In this document: piece by piece, positions 17,422-28,522 of the stretch
How positions within the stretch are numbered: position 1 is the first letter of the stretch
Layout: each line of letters opens with the position of its first letter
NCBI GenBank assembly: GCA_965226375.1
Contig: CBDDCX010000008.1
Coordinates: forward strand, 800,001-864,000
DNA: 64,000 bases
DNA from: Longimicrobiales bacterium
GTDB taxonomy: Bacteria > Gemmatimonadota > Gemmatimonadetes > Longimicrobiales > Gaopeijiaceae
Direction of reading: 5' to 3'
The notes under the pieces: generated by a model
Seen by the model: only the letters and a program-made list of their open reading frames with translations
Told to the model about the DNA's origin: nothing
Databases searched by the model: none
Translations under genes and position numbers: made by a program

Positions 17422-18780
17422 GTGTTCAAGAAGGTCCTGATCGCCAATCGCGGGGAGATCGCTCTCCGCATCATCCGGGCGTGTCACGAGCTCGGCATCA
17501 AGACCGTTGCGGTATACTCCGAAGCGGACCGCGAGTCCCTGCACGTGCGCTTTGCGGACGAGGATGTGTGTATCGGACCCCCACTGGCGGCGCAGAGCTA
17601 CCTGAACGTCCCGCAGATCATCTCGGCCGCGGAGATCACCGGGGCCGAGGCGATCCACCCGGGATACGGATTCCTGGCGGAGAACGCCGAGTTCAGCGAG
17701 ATCTGCGAGCGTTCCGACATCGTCTTCATCGGCCCCACCCCGGACCAGATCCGGTCCATGGGGGACAAGGCTACAGCCCGGCGTACCATGAAAGAGTTGG
17801 GCGTGCCGACCGTTCCCGGGTCGGACGGCGTGGTGTCCGATCCCGAAGAGGCCGCGCGGATCGCCGATGAGATCGGCTATCCCGTCATGGTCAAGGCTTC
17901 AGCCGGCGGCGGTGGAAAGGGCATGCGCGTGGTACCGGATGCGGAGAGCTTCCAGAGTCTGCTCCAGGCCGCCAAGACGGAAGCCAAGGCGTCTTTCGGT
18001 GACGACGACGTCTACCTGGAGAAGTGCATCGTCGCGCCCCGGCACGTCGAGTTCCAGATTTTCGGGGATCGGCAGGGCCGGGTCGTCCATCTCGGCGAGC
18101 GCGACTGCTCGATCCAGCGCAGGCATCAGAAGCTCATCGAAGAGGCGCCCTCACCCGCCCTCACGCCCGAGATGCGTGAACGGATGGGCGAGGACGCCGT
18201 GTTGGCGGGCAAGGGCATCGACTATGTGGGGGCCGGAACGGTAGAGTTCCTGCTGGACTCCGACGGATCCTACTACTTTATCGAGATGAACACCCGGATC
18301 CAGGTGGAGCATCCCGTTACCGAGGTGACCACCGGGCTGGACCTTGTAAAGGAGCAGATCCGTGTGGCGGCGGGCGAGCCGCTCTCCTTTCCCGATGAGG
18401 TCGTCCAGTTGCGTGGGCACGCTATCGAGTTCCGGGTAAACGCTGAGGATGCAGAGCGGAACTTCGCGCCTTCGCCCGGGCCGATCGTCACTTTCCACCC
18501 CCCTGGGGGGCCCGGTGTGAGGCTCGACACCCACATCTACAGCGGATACCACGTACCGCCCTACTACGACTCTCTCTTGGCCAAGCTCATCGTCCACGGC
18601 AACAGCCGCGAGGAGGCCATCGTCCGGGCGCGGCACGTGCTCGAGTCCTTCGTCATCGAGGGGATCACGACGACGATCCCGTTTCTGTCCGAGATCACCC
18701 GCGATGAGCGATTCGTCCGTGGCGACGTGGACACCGGCTACGTGGACCGATTCCTCAGCGAGCGGGCGGGCCAGGGATGA
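17422..18780 (+). CDS. accC: Acetyl-CoA carboxylase biotin carboxylase subunit
   Basis: [53 protein letters not shown]. Confidence 0.97.
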   Translation: MFKKVLIANRGEIALRIIRACHELGIKTVAVYSEADRESLHVRFADEDVCIGPPLAAQSYLNVPQIISAAEITGAEAIHPGYGFLAENAEFSEICERSDIVFIGPTPDQIRSMGDKATARRTMKELGVPTVPGSDGVVSDPEEAARIADEIGYPVMVKASAGGGGKGMRVVPDAESFQSLLQAAKTEAKASFGDDDVYLEKCIVAPRHVEFQIFGDRQGRVVHLGERDCSIQRRHQKLIEEAPSPALTPEMRERMGEDAVLAGKGIDYVGAGTVEFLLDSDGSYYFIEMNTRIQVEHPVTEVTTGLDLVKEQIRVAAGEPLSFPDEVVQLRGHAIEFRVNAEDAERNFAPSPGPIVTFHPPGGPGVRLDTHIYSGYHVPPYYDSLLAKLIVHGNSREEAIVRARHVLESFVIEGITTTIPFLSEITRDERFVRGDVDTGYVDRFLSERAGQG

Positions 18781-19526
18781 AGATCCGCGTGTTCTTCCAA
18801 GCCGGGGAGCCCGCGGCGCTCGACATGGTAGGCCAGACCGTGGTGGTCATCGACGTGCTGCGAGCTACGAGCACCATCGTGGAGGCCCTGGTGAACGGGG
18901 CTCGCGGTGTATACCCGGCTTCGTCCACCGAGGAGGCCATCAAGCTGGCGTCTTCCTTGGGGCGGGAGGACACGCTCCTGTGCGGTGAGTCCAAGAGCCT
19001 GATGATCGACGGGTTCGATCTGGGGAACTCTCCGCGTGAATTCGTCGCCGAGCGCGTGGCGGACAAGAGAGTGGTCATGAGCACCACCAACGGGACCGGA
19101 GCGTTCTTGATGGCCGAGGACGCCGATCGTGTGGTGGCTTGTTGCTTTCTCAACCTCGGTGCGGTTGTCGACGCGGTAGCCGGGGTAGAGAAGCTGATGG
19201 TGCTGTGCGCCGGTAGAGAGGGCAGGTTCTCCGCGGAGGACGCGGTCTGTGCCGGTACTCTTCTCGATCGGTTGAGAACGCGTCGAGACGGAGAGATCGA
19301 ACTCAACGATGCCGGGCACGCCGCTGTGGAGTTGGCCAACACATTCCGCGTCGGTGCCGACTTCCTGGCCATGACCGACGGGGGTAAACATCTCGTCGAC
19401 ATCGGGTTCCACGACGATCTGAAGCACTGCGCTCAGTTGGACTGTTACGCCATCGTGCCCGAGATGGAAGATCGCGTGATCCACGTGCCTTCCCTGAGTC
19501 CGAGAGGCTCGGAGGCGAGCCACTGA
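18777..19526 (+). CDS. comB: 2-phosphosulfolactate phosphatase family protein
   Basis: [36 protein letters not shown]. Confidence 0.9.
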   Translation: MKIRVFFQAGEPAALDMVGQTVVVIDVLRATSTIVEALVNGARGVYPASSTEEAIKLASSLGREDTLLCGESKSLMIDGFDLGNSPREFVAERVADKRVVMSTTNGTGAFLMAEDADRVVACCFLNLGAVVDAVAGVEKLMVLCAGREGRFSAEDAVCAGTLLDRLRTRRDGEIELNDAGHAAVELANTFRVGADFLAMTDGGKHLVDIGFHDDLKHCAQLDCYAIVPEMEDRVIHVPSLSPRGSEASH

Positions 19527-21922
19527 TGCTGTCGCGGGAGCAACAGCGGGACATGATGGCGGCGGGCCTTCTGGCACTGGCGCTCTTTTTTGTGGCGGCT
19601 CTGATGCCCCTGGCGGCTCTCGGTACGCGGTTGGCTGCGTGGTTCCCTTCGGGCAACATGATGGGTCTGGTTGGGGGCACCACCCAGAGGGGCCTTGCCG
19701 GCCTCTTCGGCGGCTCGGCGTTCTTCATACCGATCCTCCTCCTGGTCTCGGGTCTGAGGGCGGGCGATTGGCTCTCGCGGGGGTGGAGCGTGCGTCTGGC
19801 GGTGCTGTCCTCCGGCCTCATGCTGATCCTGCCGGTCGGGTTCCAGGTCTTGGGCCAGGGGCCGGAGATAGTCGGTGCCTGGGGCGGCTTTGCCGGACCA
19901 CCCCTCTCTACGGCGTTGGGGTTGCTAGGGGCCGTGCTCTTCCTGTCACTCCTCCTGGTGGTGCTGTCGGTGGGCACGCTGGGATGGAATCCGCTGCGTT
20001 CGCTCGCCTACGGGATGGCACAGGGGAGCGGTATCATGGCGCGGGGCGCAGCCCGACTGGTGTCGTGGGGCGAGGGCTTCAAGTCCCGGTTGGAAGCGCG
20101 CGCTCGTGAACGGCTCGATCAGACCCCGCCCATGGAGCTCCTCGAGGGGGAGGAGACCAGCGACGACGACTCGGACGACGATTCCGAGGGCGGGGACGCC
20201 GCCGAAGAGGAAGAGGACCCGGAGGAGGGTCTCCCCGAGGATGGAGAGGACCTCCCGGAAGGGGTCGATTCCGGCCTCGCGGAGTCAGAGTCGGAGGAGG
20301 ATCCGGTGTCGGAGCCGGGGGACGAGCCGCCTGATGCGCTCGAAGAGATGTTGCCCGATCCTCTTCCGAAGGAAGATCTCAGCGTAACGGGACTCCCTCC
20401 CGTGGAGTTCATGACTACGGTGGAGGACGAGGATCGGGGAGACAAGGAGCGCGAGCTGGATGCGCTGGGAGAGGTCTTGGTCGAGAAGCTCCGTACGTTC
20501 AACGTGGAGTGCGAGCTCGGCGGCCGCACCACGGGTCCGGTGGTCACGCAGTACGAGGTGATCCCGGCTCCGGGAGTGAAGGTCAACAAGATCGCCAATC
20601 TCGACGCGGACCTCGCGTTGGCGATGAAGGCGAAGAGTATCCGCATCGTCGCTCCCATTCCCGGCAAGGGCGCCGTAGGGGTCGAGATCCCCAACCCTAA
20701 GCCCGAAGTGGTCCGTCTTCGCGATATCCTGGACTCCAGCGCCTATCAGAACAGCAATGCCGAGTTACCGCTCGCTCTGGGCAAGGATCTGAACGGCAAG
20801 CCCTACGTGGCGGATCTGCGCAAGATGCCGCACGTCCTCATCGCGGGTGCCACGGGATCGGGAAAGTCGATCTGCATCAACACCATCATCACCAGCCTGG
20901 TCTACCGGCACACGCCGGAGACGCTACGGCTGCTCATGGTGGACCCCAAGATGGTTGAGCTCTCCACCTACAAGATGCTCCCGCATCTTCGCCACAGTGT
21001 GGTCACCGACCCCCGGGACGCGGCGGGGCTCCTCAAGTGGGCCGTCCTGGAGATGGAGCGCCGATACACTCTCCTGAGCACGAACGGGGTGCGTTCGATC
21101 GACGAGTTCAACGAGCGAGTCCGAGACGGCGTCATCCTTCGACGCTTCGAGCCCAAGGGGGCAGAAGACGATCCGGACCGCTGGGTCTACCAGGAGGGAG
21201 TCCTGCCCTACGTGGTCGTGGTGGTCGACGAGTTGGCGGACCTGATGATGACCGTCCAGAGTGAAGTGGAGAAGCCGCTCACGACCCTGGCCCAGAAGGC
21301 CCGGGCCATCGGCATCCACCTGATCGTGGCGACCCAGCGGCCCAGCGTGAACGTCATCACCGGACTGATCAAGGCGAACTTCCCGTCACGCATCGCCTTC
21401 CGTGTGTCCTCGAAGACGGACTCACGCACCATCCTGGACCAGAATGGTGCGGACGCTCTGCTGGGCAACGGCGACATGCTCTTCCTGCCGCCGGGGAGCA
21501 GCGAACCCGTGCGCATCCAGGGTGCCTATATCTCTACGCCTGAGACCGATCGCATGATGGGCTGGTACAAGGAACAGGTGGAGACTCGTGAGCAGGCCTT
21601 CGATGAAGCGGATGCGGATGACGAGTTGGACATTCTCGAACAGATCCGGAGCCATGAACAGGAGGAAGTGGGTGGTGGAGGGGAAAGCCCGTCGGATTGG
21701 GACGAGCTGTTCCGGGCGGCCGCTGAAGTGTGCATTCAACACGAGCAGGGCTCCACGTCGCTGCTCCAGCGCCGTTTGAAGATCGGATATGGTCGAGCCG
21801 CGAGGATCGTAGACCAGCTCCACGACGCCGGGATTCTGGGCCCGTCCGAGGGCTCGAAGGCGAGGGAGGTCCTGGTGGGTCTCGACGCGCTCGACCTGAT
21901 CTGCTCGAGCGAAGGGATTTGA
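19526..21922 (+). CDS. ftsK: DNA translocase FtsK
   Basis: N-terminal TMs, acidic linker, AGATGSGKS, VVDELADLMM, gamma domain SLLQRRLKIGYGRAARIVD. Confidence 0.96.
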   Translation: MLSREQQRDMMAAGLLALALFFVAALMPLAALGTRLAAWFPSGNMMGLVGGTTQRGLAGLFGGSAFFIPILLLVSGLRAGDWLSRGWSVRLAVLSSGLMLILPVGFQVLGQGPEIVGAWGGFAGPPLSTALGLLGAVLFLSLLLVVLSVGTLGWNPLRSLAYGMAQGSGIMARGAARLVSWGEGFKSRLEARARERLDQTPPMELLEGEETSDDDSDDDSEGGDAAEEEEDPEEGLPEDGEDLPEGVDSGLAESESEEDPVSEPGDEPPDALEEMLPDPLPKEDLSVTGLPPVEFMTTVEDEDRGDKERELDALGEVLVEKLRTFNVECELGGRTTGPVVTQYEVIPAPGVKVNKIANLDADLALAMKAKSIRIVAPIPGKGAVGVEIPNPKPEVVRLRDILDSSAYQNSNAELPLALGKDLNGKPYVADLRKMPHVLIAGATGSGKSICINTIITSLVYRHTPETLRLLMVDPKMVELSTYKMLPHLRHSVVTDPRDAAGLLKWAVLEMERRYTLLSTNGVRSIDEFNERVRDGVILRRFEPKGAEDDPDRWVYQEGVLPYVVVVVDELADLMMTVQSEVEKPLTTLAQKARAIGIHLIVATQRPSVNVITGLIKANFPSRIAFRVSSKTDSRTILDQNGADALLGNGDMLFLPPGSSEPVRIQGAYISTPETDRMMGWYKEQVETREQAFDEADADDELDILEQIRSHEQEEVGGGGESPSDWDELFRAAAEVCIQHEQGSTSLLQRRLKIGYGRAARIVDQLHDAGILGPSEGSKAREVLVGLDALDLICSSEGI

Positions 21923-21963
21923 GCACAGGAACGGCTCCGATACCGGTCGGGTATGGAGGGCTC

Positions 21964-22638
21964 ATGATGGAGCCCCGAATCCTTGTTCCCGCCCTGGTCA
22001 TGGTAGCGGCCGTCGGAGCCCTGGCTCCGGCCGGCCTTTCTGCCCAGGATGAGCGCGCGTACGAGGTGCTGGAGGCCGCGTCGGAGCGTTACTGGGGGCT
22101 CGAGACGCTCTGTGCCCGCTTCCACCAGGAGATCGAGGTCACGCTGCTCGGGCAGACCCGGTCGGGCGAGGGCACACTGTGCCAGCGCCAGCCCGCCGAG
22201 TTCTCCATGAGGTTCAGCGATCCGGAGGGAGATCTGGTAGTGGTGGATGGCGAGTTCCTATGGACTTTCTATCCGAGTATGGACACCAGGCAGGTCATGC
22301 GTTTCGCGGCTGCGGACGCCGAGGGTCGCTTCAACTTCTACAAGAACCTTCTCGAGGATCCGAGGGGCCGCTTCGACGCCACCTACCAGGGTGTCGAGGA
22401 CGTTGCCGAGCGGCCGTCTCACAAGCTCACACTCACGCCCAGAGATGCCGCCGAGGCATTCCGGTCGGCGGTCGTCTGGATCGATGTCGAGAGCGTCTTG
22501 ATCACCGGCGTGGATGTGCATGACGCCAACGAGTCGGTCCGTCGCGTGCGCCTCACGGACATCCAGGTGGACATCGACGTGCCGGACAGCGAGTTCCGTT
22601 TCGTCCCGCCGCCGGACGCCCGCGTGATGAGTCGATGA
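21964..22638 (+). CDS. lolA: Outer-membrane lipoprotein carrier LolA family
   Basis: Signal peptide; ARFHQ, VVVDGEFLWTFYP, FRFVPP; follows ftsK. Confidence 0.85.
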   Translation: MMEPRILVPALVMVAAVGALAPAGLSAQDERAYEVLEAASERYWGLETLCARFHQEIEVTLLGQTRSGEGTLCQRQPAEFSMRFSDPEGDLVVVDGEFLWTFYPSMDTRQVMRFAAADAEGRFNFYKNLLEDPRGRFDATYQGVEDVAERPSHKLTLTPRDAAEAFRSAVVWIDVESVLITGVDVHDANESVRRVRLTDIQVDIDVPDSEFRFVPPPDARVMSR

Positions 22639-24113
22639 AGACCAGGGATCTACCGGTCTTCCCCCTCTCGCCGGATCCGATCCGGTCCGACGTGGCGCCG
22701 GATGTACAGGCGGTTCGTCTGGACATCGATCCGGTGGGGCCCTCGGACGGACCGCGCATCGGACTGGTGACCCTGGGCTGTGACAAGAACACGGTCGACT
22801 CCGAGAAGATGATGGCGGCGCTCGTGGGACACGGTGCCCGGGTCTCCTCTGACGTGGAGGGCTCGGACGTCGTGGTGGTGAACACCTGTGGATTCATCGC
22901 GGCGGCCAAGGAGCAGTCCATCGAGACGATCCTGGAGGCGTGCCAGCTCAAGGAGGAGGGCAGGGTGCAGGCGGTGGTGGCCGTGGGATGTATGGTTCAG
23001 CGCTACAAGGAAGAGCTTCAAGCCGAGATACCCGAGGTGGATCTCTTCCTCGGTCTCACCGAGATGGCTTCTCTGGTTCCCGAACTCAGAGATCGGGGCC
23101 TCCTTCTCGAGGAGCCCGAAAACATTCCCAACATGGAACGTCCGCTCAGGATCCTGTCGACCGAGACGCCCCACACGTCGTTTCTCAAGATCAGCGAGGG
23201 GTGCGACCACACCTGCGCGTTCTGTGCCATCCCGAGCTTTCGCGGACTTCACCGTTCCGCTCCGCTGGAGGACTTGGTCGCCGAAGCTCAGGCCCTGAGT
23301 CGCCAGGGTGTGAAGGAGATCAACATCATCTCGCAGGACACCACGTGGTACGGACGTGACCTGTGGCGGAAGGACCGATCGGCTCCGCTTCTGCCGGGGC
23401 TACTGCGCGCGCTGGTCCGGGACACCGACGTACCCTGGTATCGCCTGTTCTACATGTATCCGTCCGGCATCACGACGGAGCTCGTGGAACTCATGGCCAC
23501 CGAAAGGGCGATCCTCCCGTATCTGGACATGCCGCTCCAACACGGCAGTGATCGTATGCTCGAGGCCATGAGGAGGCCGGAACGCCAGAGCGTGATTCGG
23601 GAGCGTGTGGCTTGGCTGCGGGACGCCATACCCGACCTGACGCTCCGCACCACGGTCATCGTCGGATTCCCCGGGGAGACCGACGACGACTTTCGGGACA
23701 TGCTGGATCTGCTGGAGGAGGTGCGCTTCGATCGGGTAGGGGCGTTCACGTACTCCGTAGAGGACGGTACGCCCGCTGCCGAGATGCCCGATCAGGTGCC
23801 CGAGTCGCTCATGAGAGAGAGGCTCGAGGAGGTGATGGATCTTCAGCGCATGATCTCGGGGGAACGGAATGCCGAGCTCGTCGGCCACCGGGTCCAGGCT
23901 CTGATCGACGACATCGTGTCCGATCCGGGCCCGCTGGGCGAGGCCGCGGAGGGTCGCCCCGTGGGAGTCGCCCGCACGGTGGGGCAGGCCGTGGACGTGG
24001 ACGGCGTCACGCACCTGTACCCGGACCCGGGACTGACTCCGGGCGAATTCGTTACCGTCGAGATTGTCGACGCCCTGGAGTACGACCTCATCGGTCGCGT
24101 AGTGGCGTCGTGA
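22635..24113 (+). CDS. rimO: Ribosomal protein S12 methylthiotransferase RimO
   Basis: LGCDKNTVDSE, NTCGFI, KISEGCDHTCAFCAIP radical SAM motif, TRAM domain. Confidence 0.95.
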   Translation: MKTRDLPVFPLSPDPIRSDVAPDVQAVRLDIDPVGPSDGPRIGLVTLGCDKNTVDSEKMMAALVGHGARVSSDVEGSDVVVVNTCGFIAAAKEQSIETILEACQLKEEGRVQAVVAVGCMVQRYKEELQAEIPEVDLFLGLTEMASLVPELRDRGLLLEEPENIPNMERPLRILSTETPHTSFLKISEGCDHTCAFCAIPSFRGLHRSAPLEDLVAEAQALSRQGVKEINIISQDTTWYGRDLWRKDRSAPLLPGLLRALVRDTDVPWYRLFYMYPSGITTELVELMATERAILPYLDMPLQHGSDRMLEAMRRPERQSVIRERVAWLRDAIPDLTLRTTVIVGFPGETDDDFRDMLDLLEEVRFDRVGAFTYSVEDGTPAAEMPDQVPESLMRERLEEVMDLQRMISGERNAELVGHRVQALIDDIVSDPGPLGEAAEGRPVGVARTVGQAVDVDGVTHLYPDPGLTPGEFVTVEIVDALEYDLIGRVVAS

Positions 24114-25393
24114 CCGGTGATGCCGACACGCTCTGGCGTCGCGCTCAGGAGTCGATTCCCGGGGGGGTGAACTCTCCTGTCCGGTCCTTCCGCTCGGTGG
24201 GCAGCACCCCATTCTTCGTGGAGCGGGGTGAGGGGCCCTATCTGTACGACACCGAGGGGAACCGCTATACCGACTATGTCCTGAGCTGGGGGCCGCTCAT
24301 TCTGGGACATGCCCATCCCGTGGTCCTGGAGGCGCTGGCCGGCCAACTGCATCGCGGTACCTCGTACGGGGCACCCACGGCCGCCGAAGTCGAGTTGGCC
24401 GAGCGCATCGTGCGTGTGGTGCCCGGGATCGAAATGGTGCGCCTGGTGAACAGCGGCACGGAGGCCACCATGAGCGCCCTGCGCCTGGCCCGGGCAGCTA
24501 CCGGGCGGGATGTATGCCTCAAGTTCTCAGGATGTTATCACGGCCATGCCGACGCATTTCTGGTGGCGGCGGGGAGTGGCGTGGCGACGCTCGGCCTTCC
24601 CGACTCGCCCGGAGTCCCCGAGGCGGTTGCGGCCCAGACGGCGGTGCTGCCCTTCAATGACTTGTCCGCGGTGGAGGAGCTTTTCGACGCCCGGGGCGAG
24701 GAGATCTCGAGTGTGTTCGTCGAACCTGTGGTCGGGAACTCGGGCCTGATCCCTCCGGTGGACGGATTCCTGGAAGGGCTGCGCTCCATCACCGAGCGGC
24801 ACGGTGCCCTTCTCGTCTTCGACGAGGTCATGACCGGCTTCCGGGTCGCCATGGGTGGAGCGCAGGAGCGTTACGATGTCCTGCCGGACCTGACCACGCT
24901 CGGAAAGGTCATCGGGGGTGGGTTACCGGTAGGCGCCTTCGGCGGCCGCCGCGACCTCATGGAGCAGGTGGCGCCGTCGGGACCGGTCTACCAGGCGGGC
25001 ACGCTGTCCGGTAATCCTTTGGCCACGGCGGCGGGTGACGCCCAGCTCGAGTACCTGGAGACCCACAACCCGTTCCCGTACCTGGAAGAGGCGGCGACCC
25101 GCCTGGCTCAGGGCTTCGTTACGGCCCTGGCAGAGGCCGGAATACCGGCCACGGGATGCTCCATAGGGTCCATGTGGGGCATCTTCTTCCGGGATGAGCC
25201 GGTGCAGTCCTTCGAGGACGCTCAGGGTGCGGATACCGGCAAGTTCCAGCTCTTTCACAGGGCGTGCCTCGATCGGGGTGTGTTTCTTGCTCCATCACCG
25301 TTCGAGGCCGGTTTCGTATCCACCGCCCATACGCCTTATGTCATCGACGAGACCCTCGAGGCGGTTCGGGAGGCGGCGTTGCAGGTCGGCTGA
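24110..25393 (+). CDS. hemL: Glutamate-1-semialdehyde 2,1-aminomutase
   Basis: IPGGVNSPVR, NSGTEATMSA, FDEVMTGFR, GKVIGGGLPVGA, YQAGTLSGNP. Confidence 0.96.
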   Translation: MTGDADTLWRRAQESIPGGVNSPVRSFRSVGSTPFFVERGEGPYLYDTEGNRYTDYVLSWGPLILGHAHPVVLEALAGQLHRGTSYGAPTAAEVELAERIVRVVPGIEMVRLVNSGTEATMSALRLARAATGRDVCLKFSGCYHGHADAFLVAAGSGVATLGLPDSPGVPEAVAAQTAVLPFNDLSAVEELFDARGEEISSVFVEPVVGNSGLIPPVDGFLEGLRSITERHGALLVFDEVMTGFRVAMGGAQERYDVLPDLTTLGKVIGGGLPVGAFGGRRDLMEQVAPSGPVYQAGTLSGNPLATAAGDAQLEYLETHNPFPYLEEAATRLAQGFVTALAEAGIPATGCSIGSMWGIFFRDEPVQSFEDAQGADTGKFQLFHRACLDRGVFLAPSPFEAGFVSTAHTPYVIDETLEAVREAALQVG

Positions 25394-25452
25394 TCGAGAG
25401 GGACGTACACACGCTTCAAGCGCAAACGTAACGACACGGAGGTGAGGTCCGG

Positions 25453-26127
25453 ATGAGGACTGCAACGATGTGGAAGTCGGCGTTGGCAGCAGTGGTGATC
25501 CTCGCGCCCACGGGCACACGCGGTCAGGAGTTGGCGGACTACGATTATGCGAACCTCTCCTTCAGGGGGGTCCTGTTCGAGGGCGGGTACATCTTCGCGG
25601 ACAACGTGGAGAACACGGAGATCTTCGCGCTCCGGTTCGGCCTCGGATTTCTCGGACCCGGCTTTCGGCTCGTCCCTGGCGTGGCCCGCTGGACCTCTTC
25701 GATGGCCCAGGATGAGGTCGAGGACTTCGAGGCCCGTTTGGGGGCCCTCAGCCTGGCCCAGGGTGGCACGCTTCCACCGGGCGGATTCGATCTCGGTGTC
25801 ATAAGCCGCGACGACGTCATCTTCACCCTGGATGGACACTACATGTGGTCCGTGCCCTTGGACCTCTTTCTCTGGACCGGCGTGGGCATGTCGGCCCACT
25901 TTCTGAACGGATCCGGTCCGGCGGTGGACGGCACCTTCGTGGAAGACCTGCTGGACTCCGTGTCTGCCGGGTTCAACGTGCACGGAGGCTTGGAGTATCC
26001 GTTCACCTCGCGCGTCCGGGCTTATGGGGGGGGCAAGCTGGAACTCCTGGGCGACCTGCGTTACGTAGAGTTGCGGTTCGGCCTGAGCTACATCTGGGGA
26101 GAGTTGGTCTCGGGGGAGGGACGCTGA
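25453..26127 (+). CDS. Hypothetical exported protein, probable small outer-membrane beta-barrel
   Basis: Signal peptide; alternating aromatic strands ending ELRFGLSYIW. Confidence 0.6.
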   Translation: MRTATMWKSALAAVVILAPTGTRGQELADYDYANLSFRGVLFEGGYIFADNVENTEIFALRFGLGFLGPGFRLVPGVARWTSSMAQDEVEDFEARLGALSLAQGGTLPPGGFDLGVISRDDVIFTLDGHYMWSVPLDLFLWTGVGMSAHFLNGSGPAVDGTFVEDLLDSVSAGFNVHGGLEYPFTSRVRAYGGGKLELLGDLRYVELRFGLSYIWGELVSGEGR

Positions 26128-27152
26128 TGTCCGCGACGGACCGCGATCCGTTACGGGTCGGAGTCCTGGGTGTGGGTGCGATCAGCCAGATCGTCCACCT
26201 GCCCATCCTCTCGGAGCGCGAAGACGCACAGGTCGTCGCCGTGGCCGACGCGGACATCCCCAAGGCCGAGACACTCGCCAGTCGCTTCGGGGTCCCCAAG
26301 GTTCTCTCCGATCAGGAGTTGGTACGCGACGAGGACATTCAGGCGGCCGTGATCTGCACGCCTAATCACCTCCACGAGAGCCTGGCCATCACGGCCCTCG
26401 AGGCGGGAAAGCACGTGCTGGTAGAGCGGCCTCTGGCGCTCAGCCCGGAGGGTGTGCAGCGGGTCCTGGACGCGGCGGCCGCTGCGGGACGCTGCCTCAC
26501 CGTAGGCATGAATCACCGGTTTCGCCCCGATGCCGGGGCGCTGGCGTCCTTCGTGGCCGGTGGTGAGCTCGGGAAGATCTACACGGTGCGGGCGAGCTCG
26601 CTGACCCGAAAGAATCCCTCCGTGCGCTCGACCTGGCGCCAGAGTGGGGAGCAAGGGGGCGGGGCCCTGATGGATCTGGGCGTCCAGATCCTCGATCTCG
26701 CCTTTTGGCTGGTAGGATATCCACACATCAACCGCGTCTCGGCCGTGCTCCAGCGCGACGGCGATTCCGTGGAGGATGCGGCCAGCCTCTTCGCGGTGGC
26801 CGATTCGGGCACCGTCTTCAATGTCGAAGTGAGCTGGAGCCTGTTCGCCGATGCCGATCGCCACTACGCCCGGGTCATGGGCACGGACGGGTCGGGCTCG
26901 TTCCCCCCGTTGGAGATCCAGAAGCAGTTGGGCGGCCGGCCCATGGACGTGACGCCACGTCAGCCCAAACCTCGCGGCGGTGAGAACCCGTTCACGAACG
27001 CCTATCGACGACTCCTGGATCAGTTCGTCCGGGCGGCGGCGGGCGAGTGTGACGTTCCGCCTCCGACCGAACAGGTTCACCTGATGGAGGTCATGCAGGC
27101 AGCGTACCGGTCTGCGGAGTTGGGCCGGGAGGTAGGGATTGGAGAGGGCTGA
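26127..27152 (+). CDS. Gfo/Idh/MocA family oxidoreductase
   Basis: RVGVLGVGAI, ICTPNHLH, GKHVLVERP, GGGALMDLGV. Confidence 0.92.
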   Translation: MSATDRDPLRVGVLGVGAISQIVHLPILSEREDAQVVAVADADIPKAETLASRFGVPKVLSDQELVRDEDIQAAVICTPNHLHESLAITALEAGKHVLVERPLALSPEGVQRVLDAAAAAGRCLTVGMNHRFRPDAGALASFVAGGELGKIYTVRASSLTRKNPSVRSTWRQSGEQGGGALMDLGVQILDLAFWLVGYPHINRVSAVLQRDGDSVEDAASLFAVADSGTVFNVEVSWSLFADADRHYARVMGTDGSGSFPPLEIQKQLGGRPMDVTPRQPKPRGGENPFTNAYRRLLDQFVRAAAGECDVPPPTEQVHLMEVMQAAYRSAELGREVGIGEG

Positions 27153-27241
27153 GAGTCGGTTTACGCGGTCATCGATGAGCACGCCGTATGTCGTATGGTC
27201 GATCGATGAGCAGATCGTATGACGGCCTGGGCGATCCTGGA

Positions 27242-28522
27242 GTGAGCCGTCTCGTGTCCGGACACATTTCGAGCATGGTGCTTCTGGTGCTGGCTGCCGC
27301 CGCCTTCCCACCGCCGGCGCAGGGTCAGGTAGCCGCGCTGCCGGAAGGTGACTCCGTCGGCGCAGTCCCGGGCTCCCATCTCGAAGTGTTCCTCATGACC
27401 ATGGGTCCGGGCGACGTCTTTTGGGAACGGTTCAGCCACAACGCTCTGGTCATCCGGGACGACCAAGCGGGGACCGAGATCGCCTACAACTGGGGCATCT
27501 TCGACTTCAACGAGTCCGACTTCCTGGCACGCCTGGCCCGGGGTCGTATGCGCTACTGGATGGCCGGGTACCGCTCGACCGACATGATCGAGGCGTATCG
27601 GCGCGCCAATCGCAGTGTGTGGATGCAGCGCGTCGCCCTGTCGCCCGCCCAGCGGCTCGAGCTCCAGGCCCATATCCGAGAAACCGACACAGAGGCCAAC
27701 CGCTACTACCAATACGATTACTACCGTGACAACTGCTCCACGCGCATTCGAGATGCACTCGACCTGGTGCTGGACGGCCAGATTCGGGCGGCGACCGAGA
27801 ACCGCGAGACGGACGCCACGTACCGGTGGCACACGGCTCGGCTGCTGGAGCCCGTTCTGTGGGCCTACACGGGCATCCAGTTCGTAGTGGGCAACCGCGG
27901 GGATGAGCCCATATCGGTATGGGACGAGATGTTCCTGCCGCTCCCCCTGCAACGGCACCTCGGCGAGGTGCGAATCGACACCCCGGAGGGTGGTGAGGTA
28001 CCGCTCCTGGGGCCCGCCGTACAGGTCGTGGACGCTCAGCGAGAGCCGATCTCGAGCCGAGCTCCCGAGATGTTGGTCGGGTTTCTGAAGATAGGTGCGC
28101 TGCTCGGACTGTTCTTCGCGTTTGCGGGGCGTTTGGCCGGAAGCGGCAAACGGTGGGCTGCATGGATCCTGGCATTGGCCGGAGGCGGGTGGAGCCTGAT
28201 GGTGGGGTTGCTGGGTTCGGCGCTCATGCTCTCCTGGGTCTTTACGGATCACGTATTCTGGGGGCTGAACGAGAACGCTTTCCAGGCCAACCCGGTGTCA
28301 CTGGTGTTGGCCGGTCTGCTACTCGGCGCCGCCGCAGGGAGGGGCCTCAAGTGGACGGGGCGTGTGGCCGCGACGGTGGCCGCATTGGCGGTGGCCGGGC
28401 TCGTCCTGCAGATCCTCCCCGGTCTGGATCAGGTCAACGGGGAGATTTTGGCTCTGACGGTGCCCGCCCACCTCGGGCTGGCGTGGGGGGCTCTCAGAGC
28501 GTGGCCACCGGCGCAGGGGTGA
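27242..28522 (+). CDS. DUF4105 / Lnb-like membrane protein (putative lipoprotein N-acyltransferase); start uncertain
   Basis: FSHNAL, YNWGIFDF, YQYDYYRDNCSTRIRD, MFLP motifs, then about 5 C-terminal TMs. Confidence 0.75.
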   Translation: MSRLVSGHISSMVLLVLAAAAFPPPAQGQVAALPEGDSVGAVPGSHLEVFLMTMGPGDVFWERFSHNALVIRDDQAGTEIAYNWGIFDFNESDFLARLARGRMRYWMAGYRSTDMIEAYRRANRSVWMQRVALSPAQRLELQAHIRETDTEANRYYQYDYYRDNCSTRIRDALDLVLDGQIRAATENRETDATYRWHTARLLEPVLWAYTGIQFVVGNRGDEPISVWDEMFLPLPLQRHLGEVRIDTPEGGEVPLLGPAVQVVDAQREPISSRAPEMLVGFLKIGALLGLFFAFAGRLAGSGKRWAAWILALAGGGWSLMVGLLGSALMLSWVFTDHVFWGLNENAFQANPVSLVLAGLLLGAAAGRGLKWTGRVAATVAALAVAGLVLQILPGLDQVNGEILALTVPAHLGLAWGALRAWPPAQG